A stretch of 64,000 nt of DNA, taken from the NCBI GenBank assembly GCA_964016885.1, contig OZ024750.1, forward strand, positions 13,020,001 to 13,084,000. Direction: 5' to 3'. Position numbers and translations under genes: made by a program. The stretch comes from Eledone cirrhosa. Its lineage: Eukaryota. Positions 1 to 15,100 of the stretch are shown in pieces. The notes beneath the pieces are model-generated. The model did no database searches. It saw only the letters and a program-made list of their open reading frames with translations, and was not told the origin of the DNA. The number at the start of each line of letters is the position of its first letter. The first letter of the stretch is position 1.

Positions 1-125
1 TTTCTTTTTCAAGTGGTAAGCTGTGACCTTGGAACCACCATCAATCTTTGGTGCTTTCCATTGTAGAGTAACAAAGTCAGCACCAATTTTGTCATAAGTA
101 AACTTGATTGGTGGACCAGGAGGTT
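1..125 (-). CDS. Fn3 exon, partial (runs off window): [37 protein letters not shown]
   Basis: Acceptor AG at 126-127; phase 1; Fn3 motif; not in ORF track. Confidence 0.85.
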
Positions 126-3100
126 CTGATATTAGAAAATACAAACATTATATTTATTAATAAAGAACACCATTGTACAATATAGAAGTATGAAATTATT
201 TTAATATAACTTAATATGAGAAAATGTTCCAGTTAGTTAATGCTCTAAATAAGCACTAAAGTAGAATATTAAAAAAATATCTTACCAATTTTTCTAGTTG
301 GTTTGGTTATATCAGTAGCTTCAAGAGGAGCTCCGACACCTTCTTCATTTATAGCACTGACACGGAAGATGTATTCTGTATCTTCCAATAAACCAGTTGC
401 AGTGAAAGTTAAAGTTTTAGCATCAACATTGCCACATTTTCCCCATGCTGACCTAGTTGTTGTTTTGTTCTCAATGATATAACCTGTGATAGGAAGACCA
501 CCATCATCTTTAGGTTTCTTCCATTCAAGATCGGCAGAGTTTACAGTGACATTACTTATTTCCAAAGGTCCTATAGGAGCTGAAGGAACGCCTGAAAGAA
601 ACAATGCGAAATAATTTACCAAAAAATAAAGCTAGATTACATCATAGAAAGCTCATCCAGTTTTTATGTAATAACATGCAGCTAAACTGCTTCAATTTGA
701 GTGTGTTTAAATAAGAAACTATATTAAAACTGAATTCTATCTAAATTTCAATTGAGTGAAAGTCATCAACAACAGTGGTGATGTCATTTTCATCATATTC
801 TTACTATTACAATTCCTACCATCATTATCATTTTTATATCAGTAGGTCACACTAGCCTGTAAAATAACAGATTTTTCTTTAGATCATAGCAAAAATTAAG
901 ATCTTCGGCCTCATTAATACAAAAAACAATTATGCATATTAAATTATAAAAACTATGAAGGTAATATAGAATAATGTTATAGAATTTAGAATAAAAAGAT
1001 ATCTTAATTTTTAAAACATGAAAGATTTTAAAACTTACTGTACGGACTCTTGGGAGTTATTGCTTCCGTTTCCAAAGGAGGACTCTTTCCAATTTTGTTA
1101 ACAGCAGTAACTCTGAAGAAATATTCTGTATTTTCAATGAGTCTTGGAACATGAAGTTTTGTAATATTTCCCTCGACTTCATCAACAATAGTCCATCGTC
1201 CATATTTGTCTTTCTTTTCAACAATGTAACTGGTAATAGGTACACCACCAGTATCTTTTGGAGGTTTCCAGTCAAGATCGACAGATGTCTTTTGAATATT
1301 AGTAACATTAACTGGACCAAGTGGACTAGATGGAGCAGCTGGAAAACAATAAAATGTAAACAATAGTTTTTTGTTCGTTCTTATTCAAAACAATCTACAA
1401 AGTTTATATCTAAACTCCTTTCCCAAAACAAAATGATCTTTTTACAAATACTTACATGGTGGTTTACAAGGAACGATTGCGTCCCTTGTTTCACAAGGTT
1501 CACTAACTCCAATTGCATTTTGTGCAGAAACAGCAAAGTAATAGCCGATTTGTTTAAGGTTGTTTACTCTATAAGTGAGATTCATTGCTTTTGTTGTTCC
1601 AATCTTTTCAAAAGTATCAGATTTTTCTTCACATAGTTCCACAATATAATTAGTCAAAGGACTTCCACCATCTTTCAATGGTGCTTCCCATATTAATACA
1701 ACATAATCCATACCAACTTCTTTTTCTTTAAGGTTAATTGGTGGACCAGGTGGATCTGAAATGTATATAAATATTTATGAAAAGAACGAAAGAGTAAAGA
1801 TCACATAAATTATATGTACAAACACAATTATTTATAAGTAGTCAAACTATAGATACATCTTATTTTATCATTATATTAATGTCCCATTTAAACTGTGGTG
1901 GCTTTCTAATAAAACAATACTTCTATGTGTTACATAATGCTTCAAGCAAACTACAACATGATCATATAAATACATTTATCAAAAGATTGATAAAATAAAA
2001 TATATGTTGATGAAAAATACTATTTCTAAATTAATATGATTATTAGATTGACTTTCAAAGTTCTAACAATATTTAGAATATTTAATTGATGATGCTGATA
2101 ATAATTTCAAACAATATCAATAACATAAATTATACTTACTCATCTTTTTCATTGGTTTGATAGTTGCTTCAGCTTCTAAAGGTGGACTTTGACCTTGGTC
2201 ATTAACAGCAATGACATGGAACAAATACTCAGTTCCTTCAATGAGATCTAAAGCTGTAAATGTTGTAGTGTTACCATTTACACTTCCAGATTTATTCCAG
2301 GTCATTCTAGTAATTGGTCTGTACTCAATTATGAATTTGGTAATGGGACAGCCTCCATCGTCCTTAGGTACCTTCCATTCTAAATCAGCAGAGTCTTGTG
2401 TGACATTAGTAATTGTTAATGGCCCCAGAGGAGCTGAAGGTTTATCTAAAGGGAGAAAAATGATTAAAATTTCATTACACATAATGTAAAATACATAAAA
2501 TATATTATAAAAACACAGTTTTCAATTATTATATTCCTTTAATATAAAGTACTACATATTGATGAATATATAAAATATTATTTCGTTAATAAACTCCTAA
2601 TAGGTTACACACAGTGTAAAATACATAACATAAAAACATAGTTTTTAATTATTAGATTACTTTAATATGAAGTATTATGTATTGATAAATATATATGATT
2701 TTACACCCAATAGGTTATTGAAATAGATAATCATTATATCTTCCATTAATAAAATATATATATATTTTTTTATACAAGTATCTGCTATTCTGAAAAAGAA
2801 AATTATAGTTATAATTAAGTACTGAGAATTAGAATGGATTTGTATAAAGTCAAAGATAATAATTATATAAAATATATTTTAAATAAGATCACTCACCTAA
2901 TTTTAGTGATTCAATGGGGTTTTAAATTCTCAGAATAAAAGTCATTGAACATGCTAGAACATTTACTTCTAAGTAGCAAATGGAAAATGGTGTACAATAA
3001 TATTTGAAGAAAACTCCATGCAAAGAGTATTACTTACCAATGTTTTATATCATGCAGGACTTTCATGAATTGTTAGTGGGAAAAAATACAACTAAAGTTG

Positions 3101-6100
3101 CAACATTATTAAATAAACATTTTTCTTTTCTTAAAAAAAATATAAAAAGATTCAGGGTTAAACAATAATGTTCATTCAATGAATTATCAGAATACTATCC
3201 TGCACAAATAAGTTTTACACTGTTATTATAATAATAAACACTACCTTTTTGGATCAGCAGTGAAATCTTTACAATTAGATGATGCATATATGTTCATGAA
3301 TGTCTATGTGTGAATTTCTAATTATGAAATGGAATGTCAAAAAAGCAATATCACCTGGAAGCACCACAAATTCTTTATCAAAAAACAATATCAAAATATA
3401 TTATATATTAAATATCAATAGCAAACCACTCAATTGATCATTAATTTATTAATTGAAACAAACAATTATATAATCCCTTAAATAATTATTTCTAACTTAG
3501 CCATAGAACTAATTGTTAAAGGGGCATATATAGTTGGTATCATTAACACCAGTGTATTACTGGTAGATATTTTACTGAAAGGATGAAAGGCAAAGTTAAG
3601 AATGGCTAGATTTGAGATCAGAACTTAAAGGATTAAAAACTAAATCTAGTTCAATTTTCTGCCAATTTTACTGCCTTACTATTATATATATTAATGAGGT
3701 ATGGTGGGGACTACATTAAACAGCAATGCAGTAACTAAATGCTGTTATACATTTATTGATGTAGCTAGAAGCTTATATATGTCTGTAGCACAAAAAGCTA
3801 ATAAATCAAATACAAATACACAGGGATATAATTAAAATTCAGAAGAGGTAAATATAACCTCAAACATTCATTAAATCATTACAATATAAAATTCCTTAAA
3901 ATATTTTTTTCCTTTTAAACTCACCAGACCCTTCAAATTTGAACTTGTTAATTTAATATCATATTTATGGCATTAACAACCATTAATGATTAAAGTTAAA
4001 CTATTCTTAAGAAATTAAAATATATTCAAAATACTCAAAAAATATTTTTCAAATTAAAATAGGAAATATCAACTAACTTCAAAATTCGTGGATTGAAAAT
4101 AAATACTAATGTTGAAATATTTAAAAATGAAAAATAACAATAAAGTTATATCTGTATAAATACAGAGTGTTCAACCGAGACTGCAACAATGTATATATAA
4201 ATATACATATCTTTAATATGTAGATATGTAAACATGCCAGAAAATACGAATTTCCCTGAGAATTTAAATTATGTTAAACACATTTAATTGATTTTCGGAT
4301 CTAATTGAACCCTCAGAAGGTTACACATTCTGTATTGATACAGATATAATTTTATCACATACTTCAGCTGCTGGGGCACTTCTTTTTATAAATTAATAAC
4401 AAGTTTTTATATGAAGGGTATAGTGAGAATCAACATCATGCAAACACTGAAAATGAACATATAGGGAAGGATTATAATAATACAACTAGATTATTAAATC
4501 AAGGCAAAAATAACTTCAATTGCCATACTTATAAATAATCACATCACTCATGCATAAATATATGTTTTATAAATCTTAATTACCAAAAGGACTCTTGGCA
4601 GTAACTGACTTATCCATTTCATTAGGTTCTGATATTCCAACTTCATTTCCAGCAGAAACACGGAAGCAATATTCATTGCCTTCAACTAATTTGGTGTCAG
4701 TAAAACTGGTTGTTGCGCCATCTACACTACCAACTTTAGTCCACATATTTCTACCTGCATCTCTGCGTTCAATTATGTAACTTGTAATATCAGCTCCACC
4801 ATCATCCTTTGGTGGATTCCAATGAAGAGTTGCTCTGTCATGTCCAACTTCAGTTGCTGTGATAGGAGAAGTTGGTGAACTGGGGATATCTAAATATTAA
4901 AAAGTAAAAAAAGTGTTAAGAATATTTACTGAATTATTTTCTACACATTGTTATCATTTAAAAGTTCATTAGATTGAACATTAGATTTTTACACTCATGT
5001 TTAATTGACTGTGAAAAAATAATAAAAATAAACTATTTTGCTTACCAATAATTTCAACATCAAATGTTGCTGAATCTTCACCAACATCATTGATAGCTTT
5101 TAATGTGTACATGCCATCATCTTCACGAGTTATTTTTTTAATGATAAGTGTTGTAACATTTTCAAGAGTTTCTAGTGAACATCTACCATGAGCCTTCACA
5201 GGTTTATTTTCTTTAGCCCAGGTTGATACAGGTTTGGGAATACCTGTCACTTTAACAGGGATCCTTAAGTTTGTACCAACATGGAGACGAACCAAGTCTC
5301 TAAATTTATTATCATACTCAAGCTTAGGAGTTTCTACAAACAAAAGAAAAATGCATTTTAAGGTTTACAGAAAACAATCTGGCATTACAAATAGGTAAAA
5401 AGCATACAGAATATTAACAAGAATATTAACAGCAAAATATTTAATGGTAGACTAAATTGGTGAGAGAAATATTTAATATTGTTATTATAATGCAATCAAG
5501 TAAACATCGAAAACAAACTTAATAACCTTTATTTAAGAAATACACAAGAAATGTTCTTAAGTCTATTCATTGACATTTCAGTACACTTCACTAGTTTAAT
5601 TTCATTTAGGACATTTTTATATCATTGACTTCTAGTCTCTATACCATCTCATAAAACATAACTATTTACATCCCAAACACAAAGTAAATTGATACAGTAA
5701 AACATTTCTATGTTTCATAATTATTATACTGACAAGATCTGTTAATAACTTACGTTGAATGTTAAGTTTGCAAGATGTTGAAGCCTCTCCAAGAGCATTC
5801 TTTGCTTGACATGTATATGAACCAGCATCTTTTTCTGACATATCTCGTATTGTCAGGTTAGCAAATGAGTCTTTGTAGAAGAAATCGAATTTCTTAGATT
5901 CAGAAATTTCTCTCTTCTCTTTGACCCTGAAATATAAATAACATATAAATTAATATTTACCCTGAAAGTTATTTTTAAAGGAATCATATTAAACAAATGT
6001 TCTTTTTCTTATACTATTTTAACAAGAATTCTAATTATGAAAGATAGAAGTAATTGTTATTAGTTGTTATTAATTATAAGATCATGTGGACAGTGAATTG

Positions 6101-9100
6101 GTAATCTTGGTAGCATGTCGGACAGCAGGCTTTGTGGCATGTTCTGAGTTATTTCATAATTATTATTTTTTCAAAGAAAGTATTTTATACAGTTAACAGC
6201 TGTAAAAGTATGTACTATAAAGCCTAATCATAGATTCAATTAGAAAGAATACTTAATATGAAATATATACATACCAAATAATGTTTGGTGTTGGTTCACC
6301 AGTGATTTTACATTCCAGTACAGTTGTTTCACCAACAAATACTGCAGTGTCTTTTAATGGTTCCACAACCAATGGAGGATCTCCAACTAAACAAAGAAAC
6401 ATACATTTGTTAAATTTTTCTTAAACATGTTTACATGTAAGTACATATTAACTGTCAGCTGTTTTCAATTATTAGTTTCAATAACATCTTTCTTTTTACA
6501 GTGATTTAAACTAAACAAAAAACCCTCCAGTCAACAAATATTATTAAACAATGAATGTAATTGAAAAGCCATAAAAAAACAGTGATTTGATTTACAAATA
6601 ACTATAAAATTAAATATTAAAACATAATTAAGCTGATACTAAACTTGAAACAGCTTATTAAAATAATATAACTTAAAATTAAAAACATTAAGTTTATAAG
6701 AGTGTAAAAAATATGTTCTTACTGATAGGATCTCTTGCAAAGACACTCTGGGAAGGTGGTGAGGGTGGACTTTGGCCAGCCTTGTTTTCGGCAATGATAC
6801 GATATTCATATTCCAATCCTTCTGTTAATCCTTTAACAACAAAGCTTGTTTCGGGTATGTGTACGTTTTGTGAAGCACACATCCATTTAATTGATCCTAC
6901 TACTCTCATTTCAACAACATAGTTAGTAATAGGACTTCCACCATTGCTATCAGGAGGTAGCCATTTCAATGTCATTGATTCACGAGTTACATCAATAATC
7001 TCAGGTTTTCCAGGAGCTGATGGTTTACCTGTGTACATTACAGATGATCATTTAGTACAGTATTTCAATAATATCTCTTAAAAAAACATGTTATAGAATG
7101 AACCTTAAAAATTATATTTAGTTAAATCCTCAACTATTTAATGAACATTTATTAAAATCGTACTTACTGTAATAAAAATGTAAATATAATTTATTAACTC
7201 AGTACTAAATTGTTTTCTTTAAAAATCTTGTTTTGTTAATTTAATAATTTAAGGTATTATTAGAAATATTTTTAAACAATAATTTATCTTTTTAATATTC
7301 ACTGGAATATCATGGAATAATTGTATGATTTCTCTCACAAAGGAAACTTACCAAATGGAAATTTAACAGTAATTGGTGGAGTTGGTTTCGATGGTTTTCC
7401 AACACCTGCAAGGTTTTCAGCTGATACTCTAAATTCATAGACATCATTTTCAATCAAATCTGTAATTTTATAATTAAGTTCTTTCACAGCAGTCTTATTA
7501 ACTTTACTCCATCTACTGCTTGATGGTTGCTTGCGTTCAATTATGTAACCTGTAATAGGTGATCCACCATCACTCTTTGGAGGTTCCCAAGCTAAGCTGA
7601 CTGAGCAATCTGTTACTTCAGTCATTTGGACATTGATAGGAGCATCGGGAACAGCTGGAAAACATAATAATAATGACAATAGATTAAAGGATATTTTCAA
7701 TATTGAAACATATATTTTACATATAAAAATAATTGTTTCTAGTTTTGGCACAAGGCCAGCAATTACCCAGTGCATTACTGGTACTTTATTTTATCGACCC
7801 CGGAAGGATGAAAGGCAAAGTTAACCTCGGCGGGATTTGAACTCAGATCATACAGGGAGGTAACTCTATGCTTCAAAGCATGACATCCGACCCTCTAACG
7901 ATACTGCCAATCCACTGCCCTTACATATAAAAATAATGAGAGTATATACAACTGGCAATAACTTTCAACTCTGTAAATACTGTTAAAATTCTGGATGTTT
8001 AATAAATCTATAATTCTATTATATAAATACTATAAAGTTATAAATTACAGTAGAAAGTCAAGATATAATATTCCCAATGTGTAAGAATTTAAAACTAGTT
8101 ATTATATAATAAAGGTAATTATTGCACAGAAACAAGCTGTGACACAATGAAACATGGAAAATAATAGCAGGAAAAAAATCTTAATTTATTTGTTTTATGT
8201 TAACAAAATTAACAGAAAGATAAATTGGAAAGAAACTCCTAGATATCTTGAGCTTTTTTAAAGTCAATCAACAAGATCCAAAACCTCATTCGCTTACTAA
8301 TTGAGGTGAAACTCATCAAATTAGACCAAAAAAACAAGGTTTCCATTGGTCTTTCCAGACACTATTATAGTTGGTTAAAAGTAAATTGATAAAGTTTTTA
8401 ATTATTACTTACAGAATGGAAGTTTGGGTATTGTTGGTTCCTCAGTTTCAGCAAAATCACCTTGTCCAATTTTATTTTCTGCAGCCACTCTAAAGAAGTA
8501 TTCTGTTCCTTCATTTAATTTGGTAATATTGAGTGTTAATGTGGCTCCATCTACGGTGCTCACTGGGGCCCAAGTAGAACGTTTAGCATCACGTTTTTCA
8601 ATGATGTATTTAGTGATTTCACTACCACCATCAGTGGTTGGTGGTTCCCATGAAAATGTAACAGAAGTTTTCTGCACCTCACTAATCTTAAGGTTTTGTG
8701 GTGTCGCTGGTTTAGCTAAGGTAAGAAAAGAAAATATAGAGAATGAATTTAATGCTTACCAAAAATATATATATATAAATATAATGGTTTCACATGGAGT
8801 CTTTTATAACTTGACAGAATTTTCAATAGAAAAGTTATATATAGGCGAGATCAACCCTCAGCCTGCAATGGGTGTCTCCTAATCGGATCTGCACAACACA
8901 TACCAGGGCAGCATATCATCTCCATTAATAGAAAACAAAAGGCAGCTCAGCATGTGACTGTGGGGACCCTGATCAGACAGTACTGCATGTTGTTCGGGAT
9001 TGCCCCCCTCAGACGTTTTCTCAGCAGCCTGGAGGCAATTCATAATGCTGCAATTGATGCTTTGGTCAGACTCATCAGTCTCAACCTGCCTCTCTAGCTA

Positions 9101-12100
9101 CTGTGCATGTTATACAACAAGAAGGAGAAGCATGTAACTCAGTCCACAGAACATCTTCAATGCACATCTCATTCTAAATATCATCACAGAGTCTGACCAA
9201 CCTTCTCCATTCTAAAATGTCCCCTAGGTAACAAAATGCTTTTACACCTTCCATCTTCATGACATTCTCAAGACTCTACTCATCAACCTCTCTCTCTACA
9301 GCTTCCCCCATACACACTTTACATGTAAATGTAGCTGCTACATTAATTTATCATTTTCTTACCTTTCACAGCAATTTCAAAATCTGCAGCGGCTTTTCCA
9401 ACTGAATTTTCTGCAATAATGGTATATACTCCACTATCTTTAAGATCTGCATTTTTAATAGTTACTCGAGAGAGCTTTTCTGTTGTTTCAATATTAACAG
9501 AATAAGAAGTTTCAATCTCTTTTTCATTGAGCATCCATTTGATGGTAGGAGTTGGGATACCAGAAACATTAACTAAGATAACTATAGATGATCCAGCTTT
9601 GAAACTTTGAGAACTTTGCAGACGGTTATCATATTCAAGTTGTGGAGGAGCTAGAAAACAATAAAATTTTGTATAGTAGTCACTCAAAGCAACAAAGGTT
9701 TTGTAGTAAATATAGTAAATATACAAAACGAAATATATTATATAACAGCTATATTTCATTATCATACACATCTAATGTTTGATATTTTATTATCAAGATA
9801 AAATATTGAGTCTACTTACTGTGAATGGTGAGTTTTCCTTTAGTCTCACATTTTCCAAGAGCATTAGAAAATTTGCATGAATAGACAGCTGTATCAGATG
9901 GTTCTGTTTTATGTATGACAAGAGAAGCAATACCATTTTCGATTTTCATTTCATATTTAGAATTCTTCTTGATAGCAGTATCACCCTTAAACCTGTAAAA
10001 ATATTAAGATTATTTTTTGAATATTCATTCATATAAAGATGTTTTTTTAATGTTTACATATTCTATGAAAATAATAACACCAATTATATTTTCTTGGATT
10101 CAAACAGGATATTTACCATTTTATTTCAGACTGTGGCTCTCCAAGATCAACAGTGCATTCAAGAGAAGCATCATTTGGTGACACAAATGTGACATCAGTC
10201 AAAGGCTCCAAAATTTTGGGTGGTTTTCCAACTGTAAATAGAAGGTTACAAGAATTTAATTTAAGAATTTGTTTGAATATCAACACATATACCCATATAC
10301 ACATGCTCTCACACTCACACACACATATATATATATATTTATATATACAAACATACCTTAAGTTATGCAAAAACAAATATCCTAGGAATGATTTAGGGTC
10401 ACATATGTTAATGACATAAATAACTGCTTAATGCCTTAGTGACATTATTTTAATTAATGTAGAATTTTGAAGGATTTACTAAATTTATTAATTATTTCAC
10501 TATTAACATAGTAAATTAACATATATTTAATATATAAAGTTACCGTATTTCCCGGCGCCAAAGACACTTCATCCTTGAGGGCGCACCCTAATTTTGACAA
10601 CCAAAAATTTGAAAACAAATAATTGTTTCTACGTTAGGCACAAGGCCACCAATTACCCAGTGTATTACTGGTACTTTATTTTATCGACCCTGTAAGGATG
10701 AAAGGCAAAGTTAACCTCGGCGGGATTTGAAAACAAATAATAAACAACATTCGGCCTCCAGGACGCATGGTAGATTTTTTGAGACTTATAGGAAAAAAGT
10801 AGCATCTTTGAAGCCAGGAAACATGGTATGTTAGATGATTTTATTTTAAACAGGGACTCTTTAAAGTGAGTGATTTTGTTTCATAGAACCAAAGCCAGTT
10901 TTGATCGAGTTAGTAACAAAAGGCTTACACCATAACATTAATATGTAACTAGGGAATTCCCATATATGGATGGATATCTTATTATTTAAAACAATTTGTA
11001 CTCACCAAGTGGTTTTTCAACTTTGATAAGTTCTGTTGGTGCTGAAAATTCACCAACACCAGCACGATTTTCAGCTGCAACTCTAAATTCATACTCTGAA
11101 CCTTTTTTCAACTTCTGTACCCTATAGGTAAGTTCTGGAACCTTTTTGTCAATATTGGCTTGCATCCATTTTAATGAATCAGCAAGACGATATTCAATTA
11201 CATAATTAAATATAGGACTACCTCCATCATCAGCAGGTGGTGAATATTTCAGTAATACAGAGGAATCATCTGTTTCCACAACCAGAGGTGTATCTGGTTT
11301 AGATGGTTTATCTGAAAGAAAATAAACAATATAAAGATTTTAAAATATGTCGGCATCAATAAATATATTATTTGTTTAGGAAGATGGCTAATGTTTTGTA
11401 TTTTACTACTATTTACTTTCCCAATTTTGGTGAGGTGCTAATTATTATCTGGGGCCAGCCACCAAGGGAAGGTAGGGGACACTGGATGGTACTGCCCCCA
11501 CCCTCCCACTACATTTCAATTATCTAGAAAGAATTATAGCGATATGCTTATTCAGAAACCCCACCTTAGAATTACTGCAAATTAGAGACCCCTCCCAGAA
11601 TGTTCTAAACATTCTTGTACTCTTAATTACTTAACACTGATGAAACTGGATAAAATTGAAGCCAGATGACACTCTAGGTTTGTGAAACATTTTAGCTTTT
11701 TTAAACAGAAATTATCATCTTATTTAAGGAAAATACACAATTCTGGTTTTACTCACGCCAAGGATCTTGCATTTTGGCAGGATCGGATGGTTTACTTGGT
11801 TCACTTTCACCAGCTTTATTGACAGCAACCACTCTGAATTGGTATGAAGAGTCTTCCACCAAATCATTGAAAAGCATATCAAGATTTGAAGTTGGTTCTT
11901 TGTTAACACGAATCCATCGTGGGCTAAGATCTGACATTTTTTCCAAATAATATCCAGTAATAGGTGAGCCTCCATCCTCTTTTGGAGGATTCCAGCATAC
12001 CTTTGCAGATGTTTTAAATACATCTGTAACAGTTGGTGCATCTGGAGCATCAGGACGGTCTGAGGAAGTTTAGAAAACAATATATTTAATGTTTATCTTT

Positions 12101-15100
12101 CAGAAGTTTAACTAATAAAATAATGTAGTCTTATTTTTATTGTTTATTATTATCATCATCATCATCATCAATAAGAGAATTCCTTATCAATATTAAGAAA
12201 CTATTATTATTATTATCATCAGAGCGGTGGATTGGCAGTATCGGTGGAGAGTCGGACGCCATGCTTTGCAGCATAGTTACGTCCCTTTATGATCTGAGTT
12301 CAAATCCCGCCGAGGTTAACTTTGCCTTTCATCCTTAAGGGGTCGATAAAATAAAGTACCAGTAATGTACTGGGTAATTGCTGGCCTTGTGCCAAAAGTA
12401 GAAACAATTATTATCATCATAGCTATCATTATTATTACAGTGTCTGTAATTATTGTTATGGTAATATTGTTAAAGTTGTAGATGATGAGTCAATATTTAG
12501 TTGAAATACTATCAATAGTTCAATAGGAATAATCCTGACATTTGTACTTATTTTATGTACTATACACACACCTTTGATGAGTTGTAGTGCACCTGAGCAC
12601 TGTACACAATAATTTTCATTATTATTATTATAATATTGTATAATTAATTAGGATTCTTGTTATTTTATAGTAATGAGTTTAAGCAGTCTTGTCGATTTAG
12701 TGAAGATATAACTTAGAAGATATTCCTGCACTCAGCCTGAATACAGATATATTTTAATCCCATCTTTCCTGGGATTAAATGAGATGCATGTGATAGTATA
12801 TGTGAAACAATCTTACAGAAACATCTACTGTTAGGTGAATATTTTACTCCAATTAATGGTGATATGATTTAACTAGAGTAAGATGTTTTTTTCATTAAAA
12901 ACAATGAGTCTTTCCTTCTTAAATAAAAACCATTAAGTTACAATCATGAAGAAAACAAATAGAAAAACAGAATTATCATTTGTAACTTTGTATAAGATCT
13001 GTATACAGAATTATCATTTGTTACTTTGTATAAGATCTGTATTTTGTTTACAAATATGTTATTGTTTTTAAATATTAATAATTTATTTATTCTTTTACTA
13101 GTTTCAGTCAATAGACTGTCTTCATGCTGGTGCCTCAGCATGATGGAGTTTTTGTCAATTATATTGATCTTTATACTCTTTGTCACACTAATTTCAACAT
13201 CTTCATAAAATACTTCTAATACATGATGTAAAGTGGTTCGTGTTAGGAAGGGCATTCAATCGTAGAAACCAGGCAAAAAAAAAATGGATTGTATGAAATA
13301 GACATGGTGACTTGACCAGTCTAGCCCCAGAATGTGATAACCCATGCAAGCATTAGACGGTCATTAACACAATCAATTAATAATAATATCCTTCCTTACA
13401 AGTTTGATCTTGTTTTAAAATGTATTAATGGTTTTACAATATATATAAACAAATATATAGATGTAACCATACAAATAATTTACAGATATATGTATTTTTA
13501 TAAAGAGAAGTCTGTATCAGTGGAACTTTGATATAAAGAATGACCATTGATAATAATCTCTTGCTCATATGATCCATTTTGAACTTGGTTTTCTATAGCC
13601 AAATGCTCTTCCTAATACCAACCACATTACAGAATGCATTGGGAGCTTTTTCGTGACAGCAGCACTATAATCTTACAGGGTAAACTGGATGCTTTTTTTG
13701 TTGTGGCACCAGTATGACTAACCTTTTATATAAGGTGGTCATGTTGATGCCATGACCAAAAAGCACCCAGTTCATTCTGTAAAGTGTCTGTACAGTTTCT
13801 GCGCAAGTGTTGCAAAGTGGTATCAATATCAGAATATAATAATCGTTGCAAGCTTCTAAATCACACAATAATACTTCTTTATGGTAAGATTATTTAAACA
13901 TTTCATTTAATACTAAGATAGGTAATGAACCATGTTTAATAATTTTAATTAATTAAAGAAATTATCTAATTCTAATTATTTAAAGAAATTATTTTATTTA
14001 AATTAATGAAAGAATTAGTTTTAAAAGTTGAATAAAATTATTCTTGAAAATCACACAAAAATTTACACACATTCATAATCACAAGTTTTAGTGCATTTAG
14101 TGAAGCTGGTGGTTAAATCAGTTGAAACAAAATTAAAGCACATTAGAAAATATAATCTAGATAGATAATAAATGACAAAATTTTATCTACATATTTTGTC
14201 TACATACCAAATGGATGCCTTGCAAGAACTGGTTCAGGAATTTCGACGAAATCTCCAGTACCATACTTATTTTTCGCTGCAACACGAAATAGATATTTGT
14301 TTCCTTCTTGAAGATTTTCTACAAGATGCTCCAATGTTAAAGATTCACCTGCCTCTTGCCACATTCGACGGTTTTCTTCTCTTTTTTCAACAATATAATC
14401 TGTGATTGAACTACCTCCATTATCTTCTGGTATTTGCCAAGTTAATGTCATGTACTCAGCGGTTACATCTTTCACTTGAAGATCACGAACTGGACCTGGT
14501 TTGTCTAGACCAAGTAATAATATAGACCAATTATCTAACTTATGTCTAAATTCTATATTCAATTATATAACCTTGTCCATAAAATAATATTAAATTGATA
14601 TAAGTCAATAAATCAAAACCATGCAAAATCATTTTGTTAATGTTACAAAGCTTTTATTATTTCATTGCTTTTTAAATCATTGATTTGAATATTTATATTT
14701 GGTTAACTCCTTCCTGAATGATATAACATTTTACTGTGTGAGAGAGAGAAAGTGTGTGTGTGCTTGTGTGAGAGTGTATATGAATACTTGTGAGTGTGTG
14801 TGAGTGTATGAGAGTGTGTGTGTGTGAGTGTGTGAGTGTATGAGAGTGTGTGAGTGTGTGTGTGAGTGTATGAGAGAGTGTGAGTGTATGAGCGTGTGTG
14901 AGTGAGTGTATGAGATCTGTTTAAGGGTTAGTTCTCCTTATGGCCCTGGTAAGGAGGATAAAGAAGACATTGTGCTGGGACAGCCATTCTACCTCACAGA
15001 GCTTGCATTTGTAGGTAGCCAACTCTGCCCTGACAGCAGTGAGTAGCGATATGGTTCAGGAGCCAAGAACACCACAAGTCCCCACTGCCAAAAGTTTGAC

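Noticed and set aside
2896-3058. Two small AG..GT segments (22 nt and 32 nt) with strong donors
   Set aside because: Individually frameshifting and jointly creating a stop; cannot be supported as coding exons
7655-7824. ORFs overlapping SINEs (also 18647-18926, 38408-38659, 42825-43181)
   Set aside because: Derived from non-coding SINE sequence repeated across the window
8860-9330. GC-richer intronic block as a hidden exon
   Set aside because: No open frame with compatible splice sites; minus-strand FCYLG-like remnant suggests a decayed LINE, too weak to annotate
12222-12320. tRNA gene calls at A/B-box sequences
   Set aside because: These are SINE heads followed by a shared body and TSDs; no complete cloverleaf
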